From Nitrosopumilus sp. (GTDB taxonomy: Archaea; Thermoproteota; Nitrososphaeria; Nitrososphaerales; Nitrosopumilaceae): DNA of 64,000 nt. The stretch covers positions 1,792,001-1,856,000 of the forward strand of contig OZ243974.1 of assembly GCA_965214775.1 (NCBI GenBank). The letters run 5' to 3'. Shown here in pieces: positions 10,500-20,604 of this stretch. The notes under the pieces are model-generated. The model searched no databases, had not been told where the DNA came from, and saw only the letters and a program-made list of their open reading frames with translations. The number at the start of each line of letters is the position of its first letter. Within the stretch, counting starts at the first letter, position 1. Position numbers and translations under genes: made by a program.

Positions 10500-10961
10500 T
10501 TGAAAGCATCCAAAGTGATTAAGACAAAGAGCATATACAAACCAAAGGAGTATGGTGATGGTCTAAGAGTCCTAATAACGAGGTACTACCCCAGAGGCGT
10601 CAAAAAAACCCATTTTGATAGATGGATGAGGGATCTTGCGCCTAGCCAAGAACTGTTACGCAGATACAAAAACGAACAAATCCATTGGGAGGATTTTATA
10701 CCATCATTCAAACTTGAATTGCAAGAAAATCAAAACAGTATCAATTTAATAAAATCATTGAAGGCCAAATCAAACTATTCCCACGTAACCTTGCTGTGCT
10801 ATGAACCGGAAGGCACACCATGTCACAGGCACCTGCTAAAAGAGATCATTAAGAATCCGAACCTTCTAAATGTTGATTTTGTGCCGGAATATGCTGATTA
10901 TCATAAAGGAGGAGCGATGAAGAAACATGTTGCCCACAAGGAAGCTTGTATCGTATCCTGA
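10500..10961 (+). CDS. DUF488 (YeaO-like) family protein
   Basis: DGLRVLITRYYPRGVKK, LAPSQELL, VTLLCYE…CHRHLL; start codon uncertain (10500 or 10515). Confidence 0.88.
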   Translation: MKASKVIKTKSIYKPKEYGDGLRVLITRYYPRGVKKTHFDRWMRDLAPSQELLRRYKNEQIHWEDFIPSFKLELQENQNSINLIKSLKAKSNYSHVTLLCYEPEGTPCHRHLLKEIIKNPNLLNVDFVPEYADYHKGGAMKKHVAHKEACIVS

Positions 10962-11609
10962 TTCGCCAATGTGGAGGTTTTTCCACACTTGCTCAATTTT
11001 GTCGGGATTTTTTCTAATCCATTCGTAAACTCCCCACTCCAAAATCTGCTGATCATGAGGATTTTTTGATTTGCAGCCAGAGCATCGATAGGTCATTCTT
11101 GGTTGTACATCATAGTTGTGAATCGTTAGAAATGGCTCCTGAGAAAAGAGTGTAGTTTGTACATTGCGTTCGTGTTTTTTTCTTTTTTCAAAACGCTGTT
11201 GGAATTCACGAGGTTTTATGAATCCTAGACTTGATCTCTCATCGTTTAGATCTTGTATACACTCAACGCCGTATTTTTTGTGCATGTCATTTAACAATGC
11301 TATCCATTTTGATCTTGATAATGTTTCATGATCAGTTATTTTGAATCGTAGTTTATCCCATTCTGATTTTGACCCCTGTATTTTCCAACTTTCATTTCTA
11401 GTATCCTGTGGATTTCTCTCCAATGGGACTTCCACCACGTGCCATCTTTTCATAGGGGTGTCCGGTTGTACTGGGTAAACCCTTATCAAGCCATATTTTG
11501 GCGAATAGCCCGCAGTACAAACAGTTTTCCTGTTATCACTTATTTCGTCAGGTGCTGCACTGCCTAACACAATGAGATCATCGATTTTTATTTTCTCTAC
11601 ATCAGACAT
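10866..11609 (-). CDS. Hypothetical protein (TVCTAG…IRVYP type; CxxC…H putative metal site)
   Basis: 247-aa AT-rich ORF with globular composition, convergent on and overlapping the DUF488 gene. Confidence 0.8.
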   Translation of the reverse strand: MSDVEKIKIDDLIVLGSAAPDEISDNRKTVCTAGYSPKYGLIRVYPVQPDTPMKRWHVVEVPLERNPQDTRNESWKIQGSKSEWDKLRFKITDHETLSRSKWIALLNDMHKKYGVECIQDLNDERSSLGFIKPREFQQRFEKRKKHERNVQTTLFSQEPFLTIHNYDVQPRMTYRCSGCKSKNPHDQQILEWGVYEWIRKNPDKIEQVWKNLHIGESGYDTSFLVGNMFLHRSSFMIISIFRHKINI

Positions 11610-11694
11610 GCTGTCTACTCACCAATTCCTTGTCTTTCGTAGCAACGCCTGCCGTAATAGGTTTTGTTGTTGATCCATAGAGTTGATTCAAAAT

Positions 11695-11785
11695 GTACGA
11701 GTTTACCCCTTAGGCGACACTACTGACTGGAGTCTTTATGATCACGCCTGCCACGCCGTATGTCAGGTGAGGGGTAAACTCGTAC
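11695..11785. mobile_element. 91-bp IS66-derived MITE
   Basis: TIR GTACGAGTTTACCCCT / AGGGGTAAACTCGTAC; 9-bp TSD ATTCAAAAT. Confidence 0.92.
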
Positions 11786-11899
11786 ATTCAAAATTAACAA
11801 ATTTTGATCAAATGGGCACATGCCAGATCGATCCAAATGTCAGTAAAACGCACATAAATTATGAAATTGTTTGCTAGATTGTCAAGAAACTCCGTACAT

Positions 11900-12170
11900 T
11901 CATCCCACGTTCCGGTACGACCAAAGAAAGGAGAAAGAGAAAGAGAGAAAATGTCCCGGCGGCAGCGGGGATGGTGATGCACCGCAGCAACAACAAAAGA
12001 GCACAAAGCTGCGGCACTACATGGACCGTGGATACCAGGGAGCACAGTCAGTGGATGCAGGCACGGACATCATACTCCCAATCAAGAAAAAACCGGGCGG
12101 CAAGCTCACCGATGTGCAAAAAGAGTACAACATCACGCACTCAAAGATACGTGTGTACAACCTTTTTTGA
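11900..12170 (+). pseudogene. Fragment of a DDE_Tnp_4 (ISL2-like IS5) transposase
   Basis: YMDRGYQG…LPIKKKPGGKLTDVQKEYN…SKIRV parallels SDLGFEG…PPKKPRDGDLT…SRVRV of 25159-26409. Confidence 0.8.
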
Positions 12171-12217
12171 AAAAAGACTGTTTAAATTAAGGTATTGTCA
12201 AGGTTGATTGAACAAAA

Positions 12218-12439
12218 ATGAGTACCGAAAATGAGCTTATACTCAAAGAGATCAGGGAACTAAGGGAGCAGGTCAGCCTGAACTGTAACAAGTTGGATGT
12301 GGTGACTGAAAAAATGTCTGAGTTGGATAAAAAAGTGTCCGATAATGGTAAAGATATAGAGTGTTTTTACAGATCTTTTAGTCGTGAAATAGGTAGAATA
12401 CAGACAAAGATGGGAATAACTCCATTTAAGCCAGAATAG
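12218..12439 (+). CDS. Small coiled-coil hypothetical protein
   Basis: 73 aa with heptad pattern; TTTAAA box about 35 nt upstream. Confidence 0.65.
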   Translation: MSTENELILKEIRELREQVSLNCNKLDVVTEKMSELDKKVSDNGKDIECFYRSFSREIGRIQTKMGITPFKPE

Positions 12440-12463
12440 TACTGATTTACAAGTAAACCGTTT

Positions 12464-14015
12464 GTAAGAGTTTACCCCTCAGGCGACGTTTCCAGTCAGG
12501 GTCTTGGTGACCATCTCACTCACGTTATACCCCTGGGCGCGCCAGTTCATCGTGCATGTCATCAGTACGGTGAACATCTCCATGCCCTCCATGGTACGGA
12601 GTCCCTGGAATATCTTGCGCGCAATTACGGACGGCCTCAGCATGCGCTCGGCTAGGTTGTTGGTGGGCTCCATGCCCGGATACAGCACGAACGTGTACAG
12701 GTATTCTGAGGCATTCTCAAGCTTTGTGGCAAATTTTTTGCAACCTGCCTCCCTGAATGCTACGGCCAGCGCGCGTGTCTCGACTACCAGCATGTCGTGT
12801 TGTTGCTGCCTGACGCCGTTCTTCTTCTCCTCCGGTGGTGGTGGTGGCCCCAGCCCCTTGGCAAAAAGAAATTTTTTCTTGAGGGCCGTATACAGCTCGT
12901 GGGCCTGCCGGGAAGTCTTGCCGGCGTCCTTGGCCTCCCGGAGTATGTGTGCCCAGCACCACTGCCTGATCTTGAATACGACATATACGCCGTACCCATC
13001 AACTGTAACTGGTTTATCATAATATGGAAAGTTCGTATCCACTACGACCCTGGCCCTGCTGGGTGCGGCCAGCGTGTGGACGCCGGTCGTGGAGCCGTCC
13101 TTGTTCTTGCCCACTATTACCCATATGCGGGCCGTCCTGCCGTTGTATGGCATGGCAGTCTCGTCAATGTGCAGATAATCAGAATCCTTGATGGCCTGTT
13201 TGATGCCCTCTACGCTGGGCTTTATTGCCTTGGTGCAGGCCCTCAGGCACTGCAACACGCCTGCCTCTGAGACATCCATGTCCAGGATTTCTGAGCACAT
13301 TGTGGCCGTGGCCTGTATGGAGGCAGGTGCCATGTGCATTGAGGTTATCATTCCCGTAATGTTTGGTCCAAACTCGGTTCCCTGCACGTTCCAGTCCCTG
13401 TCGTCCTCGATTGACACGTGGCCGCAGTCGGCGCATTCGCGCTTGTATGCGGTGTGCTCTGTCGTGACCGGTTTGGGCTTCTTGGGGATCTCAGTCACGG
13501 TCTTTGAGAACAACTTTTCGGGCTTTTTCATGTTGGTGCTGTTGCACTTGTCGCACTTTTTGGGGCAGTGCTTTACAAACTCGGTCGGCTTTCTCTTGTG
13601 TGATACTCCCCTGTGTCCCGGTTTGCGGCCCGGTTTTGCCTTTGCAGATGCCGGTACGTTGCCTGATGCCTTTGCAGCAGCAGTCTTTTTCTTCCTGGTA
13701 GGAATCGAGTTCTGCGAGGAGGGGGTGTGCGGGTTCTCGTAATATTTGATGTGCTACCTGAGCTGCTGGTTTTCTGCCGTCAACAGCACGACCTGTGTTG
13801 CAAGCTCGGCCTTCTCTGTGGCATCTTTGACTACTACCTGCTGCAGATCGGCGATGGTTTTCTCATTCTTTCGGCACTCGGCTATGAGACGTGCAATCTC
13901 GTCGCGCAGTATCTTGACCTCCGAGCCTGATGACATGCATTTTCCTAGGTACTACTATCTTATAGATCGGGTGGTCAGGAAGAATTCACCAAATAGGTAA
14001 GGGGTAAACTCTTAC
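12464..14015 (-). mobile_element. IS66-family element, copy 2 (same orientation as copy 1)
   Basis: Same 16-bp TIRs; near-identical to 8455-10011 with scattered substitutions and small indels. Confidence 0.93.
12479..13936 (-). pseudogene. IS66 transposase, one continuous frame broken only by TAG at 13754-13756
   Basis: ORFs 13754-13936 and 12479-13531 are in frame and the linker HIKYYENPHTPSSQ…PGRKPGHKG is open. Confidence 0.88.
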
Positions 14016-14092
14016 AAAGTCTATTGTGCGGACAGGGTAGCTCCGGATATGACCGACCCGGCCTCCTTTCTTTTTCCCTTTCTGTCATCGTG

Positions 14093-14905
14093 CTAGCTGA
14101 TGGTGGCAACGACTACATCCGTGTTCTTGCACGGTATGATACATCTGACACCGGCCGCATCCAGCTCGGAGATGGCTGCTGCCGAGAAGAACTCGCGGCC
14201 CGGCATAACGACTCCGAGATCGGCGCCTGTGCGGCGTGCAGAATGGATGATCTTGCGCACGAAACGTGCCGTATCCTCAAGGGCCGGCATCTGCAGTACG
14301 CCCAGCACGAGGCAGCAGTGCTCCGCAATGCACTGTATGGTGATGTAACGCTCAAAGACATGCGTTCCGCCCTTCTTCCTGGAGCGGACAAGTTCCCCGC
14401 CGTACTTTTTGTCGTAGCGCGGTATCAGGTGCATGTCTATTGCCGCATCCAGCTTCTGACCCCTTGTGATCATCCCAGTTTCCCTCAGCTGATCCAGCTG
14501 CCGGCCCACGGTTTCTGCAAGGCAGTCTTGGATCTGGCCGGGCTCGGATCTTATGGCGACGCTGCGGATCCACTCGTCGATGGGATTGCGGGCATTCCAG
14601 GAGCCGCTGGCGCGTCACGTACAGACATCGTGCAGCCTGCCACCTGCCCGTTGGACACGGCCGCGCGCGTCAGGCACCTGATAAAGTTGTCTGCAACATA
14701 GATGGCGTTGTGCTTGTCTGATGTCTTGATGCACGGGGCCATGCCGTCGCTGACGGTCTTTAGGATATCTTGATATATGCGCGGGTTGTTAAGCACGTCA
14801 CGTCTCAGTTGGTTCTTTTGGTAAGGCATGAGTACCTTCTGGGACTGCCCTAATTGATCTGTTTCGGTCAAAATGTACCATTTTGGGTTACTTCTGGGAA
14901 GACTG
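14093..14905 (-). pseudogene. Frameshifted, truncated ISH3-family transposase with one surviving TIR
   Basis: AAIDMHLIPRYDK…GREFFS is homologous to 51308-52495; TACTTCTGGGAAGACTG end at 14889-14905. Confidence 0.82.
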
Positions 14906-14948
14906 TTCTTGTAAAAACTGCTTTATAGAGCATTGTCAAAGAGCCATT

Positions 14949-15413
14949 ATGCCGTTGAATGTGGGCGATGTTGCTCCGGGATTTGAGCTTCCGGATACTG
15001 AGTTAAAACTGCGGACTCTGGAAGAATTCAAGGGCAAAAAAACCGTCCTTTCGTTCATAGTTGCAGCAAGTTCCCCGGTATGCGAGGCAGAACTGTGCAC
15101 GTTTAGGGACTCTTGGCAAGAGATCGCAGACTTGGGCGCAAACATTGTCGCCATCAGCAACGACGGGCCTTTTGCAAACAAGGCATTTGCAGAAAAACAC
15201 GGCTTCAATTTTCCGTTGCTTGGAGACTATAACAGCAAGACCATTCAGGACTATGACATTTTGATGAAAGACTTGCTTCACATCAAAGACTACAACGCTG
15301 CAAAACGTTCCGTGTTCATAATTAACGAAGACGGAAAGATCGGATACAAGTGGGTATCCGAAGATCCGTTAAAAGAGCCAAACTATGAAGAGATCAAAGG
15401 CTTCCTCAGGTAG
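14949..15413 (+). CDS. Peroxiredoxin (AhpC/TSA, BCP-like)
   Basis: VGDVAPGFEL, SPVCEAELC, NFPLLGD, KRSVFII. Confidence 0.9.
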   Translation: MPLNVGDVAPGFELPDTELKLRTLEEFKGKKTVLSFIVAASSPVCEAELCTFRDSWQEIADLGANIVAISNDGPFANKAFAEKHGFNFPLLGDYNSKTIQDYDILMKDLLHIKDYNAAKRSVFIINEDGKIGYKWVSEDPLKEPNYEEIKGFLR

Positions 15414-15428
15414 AAAAAAAATTCCTTT

Positions 15429-15947
15429 TTATTCCAAATTCGCAATTACGTCGCCTTTTGCGACAGTTGCACCCTCTTTGATTTTGAGATTTTTGACATC
15501 GCCGTCTTTGTGAGCCTTGACTGCAACCTGCATCTTCATCGATTCCAGAGTGCAAACGACATCGCCCCTCTTGATTGAATCGCCCTCAACTACTGCAATC
15601 GATACAACCTTGCCAGGGATCTGGCTTTTGAGTGCGGTTTGGGCACCTCCTGGGCCTCCCTCCCCTCCTCCGGAGTTTTTGAAAACAACTTTGTCAAAGT
15701 GGGTGTTCATGTTTAGAGTAAGCGGAACGTTGTCAACTACTAGACTCATCTCGTTTGTCGCAGTTTCAAGATATCTTGCCTTGTGATACCGTTTGTCCAA
15801 AACAAACTCAATTCCTTTGGCGTCCATGCTAAGAATTCTTAGTTGGCATTCCTTGTCGTTAATCTTTATGACATAGTCATTGCTGCCCAGGTTTTTGAGG
15901 ATCTTTCCGTCAAATGGTTTTTCAATGCCAGATATCTTATAATCCAT
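15429..15947 (-). CDS. accB: Acetyl/propionyl-CoA carboxylase biotin carboxyl carrier protein
   Basis: ESMKM biotinylation motif; last gene of the carboxylase operon. Confidence 0.93.
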   Translation of the reverse strand: MDYKISGIEKPFDGKILKNLGSNDYVIKINDKECQLRILSMDAKGIEFVLDKRYHKARYLETATNEMSLVVDNVPLTLNMNTHFDKVVFKNSGGGEGGPGGAQTALKSQIPGKVVSIAVVEGDSIKRGDVVCTLESMKMQVAVKAHKDGDVKNLKIKEGATVAKGDVIANLE

Positions 15948-15956
15948 TAATCATCA

Positions 15957-17453
15957 TCAATCCAGCTTGCTCTTCCAGGCAACGGCACTACTGCTGCCAT
16001 TTTCGCCGTTTTGAACCCGGCTCTTAAAGTATTCAGAATGAATGATTGCTGCAGCCAAAGCAGCCTCGGCCTTGCCCTCTTTTTCCTTCTCAAGGTCTTC
16101 AGACAGCCTGTCAATCATGTTATAACGCTTCAAAAAGTCAGTTGACAGTTCGCCATTTTTGTATTCCTCAGAGTTCAGAATCGTCTTGTATAGTGGAATT
16201 GACGTCTCAACGCCTTGGACATACATGTCATTTAATGCCGTGAGCATTCTTGTCCGAGATTCCTCAAATGTAGGCCCCCAGGTACAGAGTTTTGCCATCA
16301 GCGAATCGTAAAACGGGGATACGGTACAGCCCGGATAAAGATAGGTGTCGCATCTGACGTTCGGTCCTGCAGGAATTGTCACGTCGGCAACAGGGCCGGT
16401 GGATGGCGCAAAGTCCAAAAAGGTGTCTTCTGCATTGATTCTGCATTCGATGGCATAGCCATTCATCCTTAGATCTTTTTGTTTGAAGGGAAGCGGCTCG
16501 CCATTTGCAATATCGATCTGCAGTTTGACAAAATCCAGTCCCGAGACCATCTCGCTGATCGGATGCTCCACTTGGAGTCTTGCGTTAATCTCAATAAAGT
16601 AAAACTGGCCAGAGTCGGCTCTCAGGAATTCGGCGGTTCCAAGGTTTGTGTAATTTACAGCTTCGGCTGCCCTGACAACCAGTTTGCCAATCTCCTCCCT
16701 TTTTGCCTCGTCAACTACGGGAGACGGGGTTTGCTCGATCAGCTTCTGGTTTCTTCTTTGAATGGAGCACTCCCTTTCAAAGAGGTGTACTGCGTTGCCA
16801 TGGTGGTCTCTGCACATCTGGTATTCAATGTGCCTTGTCTTTTCCAGGAACTTTTCAACAATGATTGCGGATTTTCCTACGGCAGAGATTGATTCAGACG
16901 TTACAGTCTCAAAGCCTTCTCGCAGTTCCTGATCGTTGGTCACCAGTCTGATTCCCCTGCCGCCGCCGCCGTAGACGGATTTGAGGAGGACGGGATAGCC
17001 AATATCATTTGCAATCTTTTCTGCATCCTCTGCAGTACCCACCAGTCCCGGACTTCCCGGAACGGTCGGAACATCTGCCTTTAGCATCGCAGCCTTGCAT
17101 TCCATCTTGTCCCCGCACAGATTCATAGAGTCAGCAGAGGGGCCAATAAAGTTGATCCCGTTTCTCTCGCACAGCCTTGCAAAGTCATCGTTTTCTGAAA
17201 GAAAGCCATAGCCCGGATGAACGGCATCTGCGCCAGATGACAGCATCACTTCAAGAATTTTTTCCTGGTTGAGGTAGGATTTTGCAGGGGCAGCCTCGCC
17301 AATATGATAGGATTCGCCTGCCTTCTTTACATGCAGCGAGTTATAGTCCTCATCAGAATATACTGCAACGGTCTTGATTCCTAACGCGTTGCATGTCCGG
17401 ATGACTCGAAGTGCAATTTCCCCCCTGTTGGCAATCAGTACCTTCTCAATCAT
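15957..17453 (-). CDS. accC: Acetyl/propionyl-CoA carboxylase biotin carboxylase subunit
   Basis: ANRGEIA, HPGYGFLSEN, GGGGRG, RECSIQRR, RLQVEHP. Confidence 0.96.
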   Translation of the reverse strand: MIEKVLIANRGEIALRVIRTCNALGIKTVAVYSDEDYNSLHVKKAGESYHIGEAAPAKSYLNQEKILEVMLSSGADAVHPGYGFLSENDDFARLCERNGINFIGPSADSMNLCGDKMECKAAMLKADVPTVPGSPGLVGTAEDAEKIANDIGYPVLLKSVYGGGGRGIRLVTNDQELREGFETVTSESISAVGKSAIIVEKFLEKTRHIEYQMCRDHHGNAVHLFERECSIQRRNQKLIEQTPSPVVDEAKREEIGKLVVRAAEAVNYTNLGTAEFLRADSGQFYFIEINARLQVEHPISEMVSGLDFVKLQIDIANGEPLPFKQKDLRMNGYAIECRINAEDTFLDFAPSTGPVADVTIPAGPNVRCDTYLYPGCTVSPFYDSLMAKLCTWGPTFEESRTRMLTALNDMYVQGVETSIPLYKTILNSEEYKNGELSTDFLKRYNMIDRLSEDLEKEKEGKAEAALAAAIIHSEYFKSRVQNGENGSSSAVAWKSKLD

Positions 17454-17459
17454 GGTCAG

Positions 17460-19007
17460 TCACAAATTGATGTTTCCGTGCTTTCTTGGGAGCTGTTTTT
17501 CTCTCTTGTTTGCAAGCATCCTTAGCGCCTTGATCAGCATCGGCCTGGTTTCTGCAGGATTGATGACATTATCAACTGTTCCGTGAGATGCTGCAACATA
17601 CGGATTTTCAAACTTTTCGGTAAATTCGTCCATCAGCTGCTTCTTAAGGGCCTCAGGATCATCAGCAGATGCAATCTCCTTACGATTCATGATTTTTACA
17701 GCTGCCTCGCCACCTAGTACCGCACAGCGTGCAGTTGGCCAAGCATAGTTGATGTCGGTTCTGAGGTTCTTGCTTCCCATAGCGATGTAGGCACCGCCAT
17801 ATGCCTTTCCAATTACAAGCGTTATCTTTGGAACAGTCGCCTCACAGTATGCATACAGCAGTTTGCTGCCATGTCTGATGATTCCATTATGCTCCTGGTT
17901 GGAGCCTGGCATGTAGCCTGGCGTGTCTACCAGCGTAACAATAGGAATGTTAAAGGAGTCGCAAAATCTGATGAAACGCGCTGCCTTGTTAGACGAGTCA
18001 ATATCAAGTGCGCCTGCAAGGTGCATCGGATTGTTTGCAACGATTCCGACTGCCTGTCCATCCATTCTTCCATAACCTACAACAATATTTGGCGCAAACA
18101 ACTCGTGCACCTCAAAGAATTCGTGGTTGTCAACAATCGAGTCGATTACCTCCTTCATGTCATAAGGCTGCAGCGGGTTTTCCGGAATGATGCCAATCAG
18201 GCTGCTGTCCAGCCTGTCCGGATCATCGCCGGTTGCGGTTTTTGGCGGCTCTTGAGAGTTGTTTTGCGGTATAAACGAGATCAGTTTTTTAATTTGATCC
18301 ATGCATTCGTATTCATTTTGTGCAACAAGATGCGCAACTCCGCTTTTTGAACCGTGGGCCATCGCACCGCCAAGGTCCTCAAATGAAATCTCTTCTCCCA
18401 AGACAGTCTTTACAACATCAGGGCCTGTTACAAACATGGTACCGGCCTTTTGGACCATTACAACAAAGTCCGTCATGGCCGGCGAATAGACAGAACCGCC
18501 TGCAGAGGGGCCAATGCTGGCCGTGATTTGCGGAACGACGCCTGACGCTAGCTGGTTATGATAAAAAATGTCTGCAAACCCGTCAAGGCTCATAATTCCC
18601 TCTTGAATTCTTGCGCCACCAGAGTCCATAATTCCCACAATCGGACAGCCGGTTCTAACTGCATGATCCATCAGTTTGGTAATTTTTTTGGCGCCCATCT
18701 TGCTGAGTGTTCCACCAAGTACAGTAAAATCATAGGCAAACACGAAAATCTGTCTTCCGTTCACCGCTCCGTAACCGCCAACCACCCCATCTGTAAAGAA
18801 TTTCTTTTTTTGCATGCCGTATTCGTAATAGTGGTGCGTAACCAGCGGATCTATTTCGGTAAACGTTCCCTCGTCCAGCAAAAGACCGATTCGCTCTCTG
18901 GCAGTTAGCTTGCCCTTATCATGCTGGGCCTTGATTCTGTCCTGGCCGCCGCCTTGAAGGGCAGCGTCATATTTCTCAGAGTAGTCCTCAAGTTTCTCAG
19001 AATGCAT
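17460..19007 (-). CDS. pccB: Acetyl/propionyl-CoA carboxylase carboxyltransferase subunit
   Basis: GKLTARER, DSGGARIQEG, VDTPGY, KAYGGAY, RKHGNINL. Confidence 0.96.
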   Translation of the reverse strand: MHSEKLEDYSEKYDAALQGGGQDRIKAQHDKGKLTARERIGLLLDEGTFTEIDPLVTHHYYEYGMQKKKFFTDGVVGGYGAVNGRQIFVFAYDFTVLGGTLSKMGAKKITKLMDHAVRTGCPIVGIMDSGGARIQEGIMSLDGFADIFYHNQLASGVVPQITASIGPSAGGSVYSPAMTDFVVMVQKAGTMFVTGPDVVKTVLGEEISFEDLGGAMAHGSKSGVAHLVAQNEYECMDQIKKLISFIPQNNSQEPPKTATGDDPDRLDSSLIGIIPENPLQPYDMKEVIDSIVDNHEFFEVHELFAPNIVVGYGRMDGQAVGIVANNPMHLAGALDIDSSNKAARFIRFCDSFNIPIVTLVDTPGYMPGSNQEHNGIIRHGSKLLYAYCEATVPKITLVIGKAYGGAYIAMGSKNLRTDINYAWPTARCAVLGGEAAVKIMNRKEIASADDPEALKKQLMDEFTEKFENPYVAASHGTVDNVINPAETRPMLIKALRMLANKREKQLPRKHGNINL

Positions 19008-19055
19008 GCCCGTAATCATGGGTTTTGCTTTCCTATATTAATTTAGTTTGCATGA

Positions 19056-19175
19056 CAGTCTTCCCAAAAGTACGTGATTCATGACTGTGCAAGATGGCGG
19101 CGGGCGAATCTGCAGCATCATAATTTGATTTGTTTCAAATCCAAGGCCGTTTCCTGGGTTACTTCTAGGAAGAAG
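19056..19175. mobile_element. ~120-bp ISH3-derived MITE
   Basis: CAGTCTTCCCAAAAGTA…TACTTCTAGGAAGAAG; interior is the reverse complement of 29460-29580. Confidence 0.8.
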
Positions 19176-19242
19176 GAAGTGCCGTCTGCCAGCCATCACC
19201 TGCTGCCTGCACGACGCCAGTCTTTCATGTACAAAAAATGTA

Positions 19243-19520
19243 ATGGTGATGCAGCGGATCTGTCACAGTAGATGCGGAAGGATCAAAAAGTTCTGGGCAA
19301 AAAGTTTCCTAGGCGGTTTAAAGAGGATCCGATGTTGTACCCGAAGATCAGGTGTCATTGAGGAGTTCTGGCACCAAGCAAAGCGGGATGTCCTTGTCTC
19401 CGAGTACTATGCAACATTCGAGGAGATGTGATACGCGCTGTCCGAGTACCTGGGAACTGCCAGCTTCAACCATGATGTTATGGCGTTTCTTGGGGCAAAC
19501 CCGAATGGATTAAAAACTTC
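19243..19520 (+). pseudogene. C-terminal relic of an IS630-like transposase
   Basis: VIEEFWHQAKRDVLVSEYYATFEEM*YALSEYL; internal stop and frameshifts. Confidence 0.7.
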
Positions 19521-19605
19521 CAAGCGTCGCCATAGTATAGCAAAGTATCCAGTGTTTTTTCTTATTTTTAATGTTTATATCATAATACGCTGGATATTAT
19601 GTATA

Positions 19606-20466
19606 ATGGTATCAGTATTCAAACGTAAAAAAGGTAAAAAAACATACTATGTTTTGATACACAACGCGGGAAAACATCAACATGAAAAATATCTGGGCAA
19701 AGAGATTCCCGAACACATCAAGGAAATCAAAAAGGCATTTCTCTTAGAAATAATGTGCAAAGAGTGGAAAGAAAAAATTGAAAAAATAAAAAAGACATAC
19801 CAGAAACAATCAAAGAAAACAATTGCAGAGCATTTGAAAGAATTTTCACTAGGATTCACTCATGATTCGCAGAAAATAGAAGGCTCCACGCTAACAAAAA
19901 AAGAAACTTTTAACTTGTTAAGATTCTCATTGACTCCAAGTCAAAAACCTGAAGAAGACATGGTAGAGGCTCAAAAACACCACAAAGTTTTTCTCAAAAT
20001 AATAAAGAGCCACCCAACATTATCAGAAAAAACTATCCTTGTATGGCATAAAGAAATGTTTAAAAAAACAAAACCAGAGTTTGCAGGAAAGCTAAGAACT
20101 AATGCAGTATATGTAACAAACAGTGAGTCAACATTCCCACATTGGAAATTTGTGCCGCAATTTGTAAAGCAGTTTTTCAAAGAATATAAAGAGCTGAAAA
20201 AAGAAACAGAGCCAATTGAGTTAGCTGGATTGCTACATTTCAGATTTGTGAGCATACACCCTTTTGGAGATGGCAACGGTAGAATTTCAAGAATGATAAT
20301 GAACTACGTATTGACTGAAAACAATTGCCCACCATTAAACATCAAGTACACAGATAGAGAACAGTACTACAAAGCATTAGAAAAAGGCCAAGTGGGTGAA
20401 GATGAAATGATTTTCCTGAAATGGTTCATGAGATATTACATCAGAACAAACAAGAAATATCAATAA
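19606..20466 (+). CDS. Fic-domain protein
   Basis: Canonical HPFGDGNGRISR catalytic loop; upstream SQKIEG inhibitory-type motif. Confidence 0.93.
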   Translation: MVSVFKRKKGKKTYYVLIHNAGKHQHEKYLGKEIPEHIKEIKKAFLLEIMCKEWKEKIEKIKKTYQKQSKKTIAEHLKEFSLGFTHDSQKIEGSTLTKKETFNLLRFSLTPSQKPEEDMVEAQKHHKVFLKIIKSHPTLSEKTILVWHKEMFKKTKPEFAGKLRTNAVYVTNSESTFPHWKFVPQFVKQFFKEYKELKKETEPIELAGLLHFRFVSIHPFGDGNGRISRMIMNYVLTENNCPPLNIKYTDREQYYKALEKGQVGEDEMIFLKWFMRYYIRTNKKYQ

Positions 20467-20604
20467 AATTACTTTGCTGAAGGTAAAAAACGAGCCCTGA
20501 TTTTTTTAAAATTACATTGTTTTTCAGCCCTCTATGGGGGTTGTAGCCTAATTAGATAATTTGGCCTAATTTTCTTAATCCCTGCACATATTGATCAGTC
20601 AGAT

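Noticed and set aside
8447-14023. Proof of composite transposition by the IS66 pair
   Set aside because: Outer flanks ACGACAGG and AAAGTCTA do not match, so joint mobilisation is not demonstrated.
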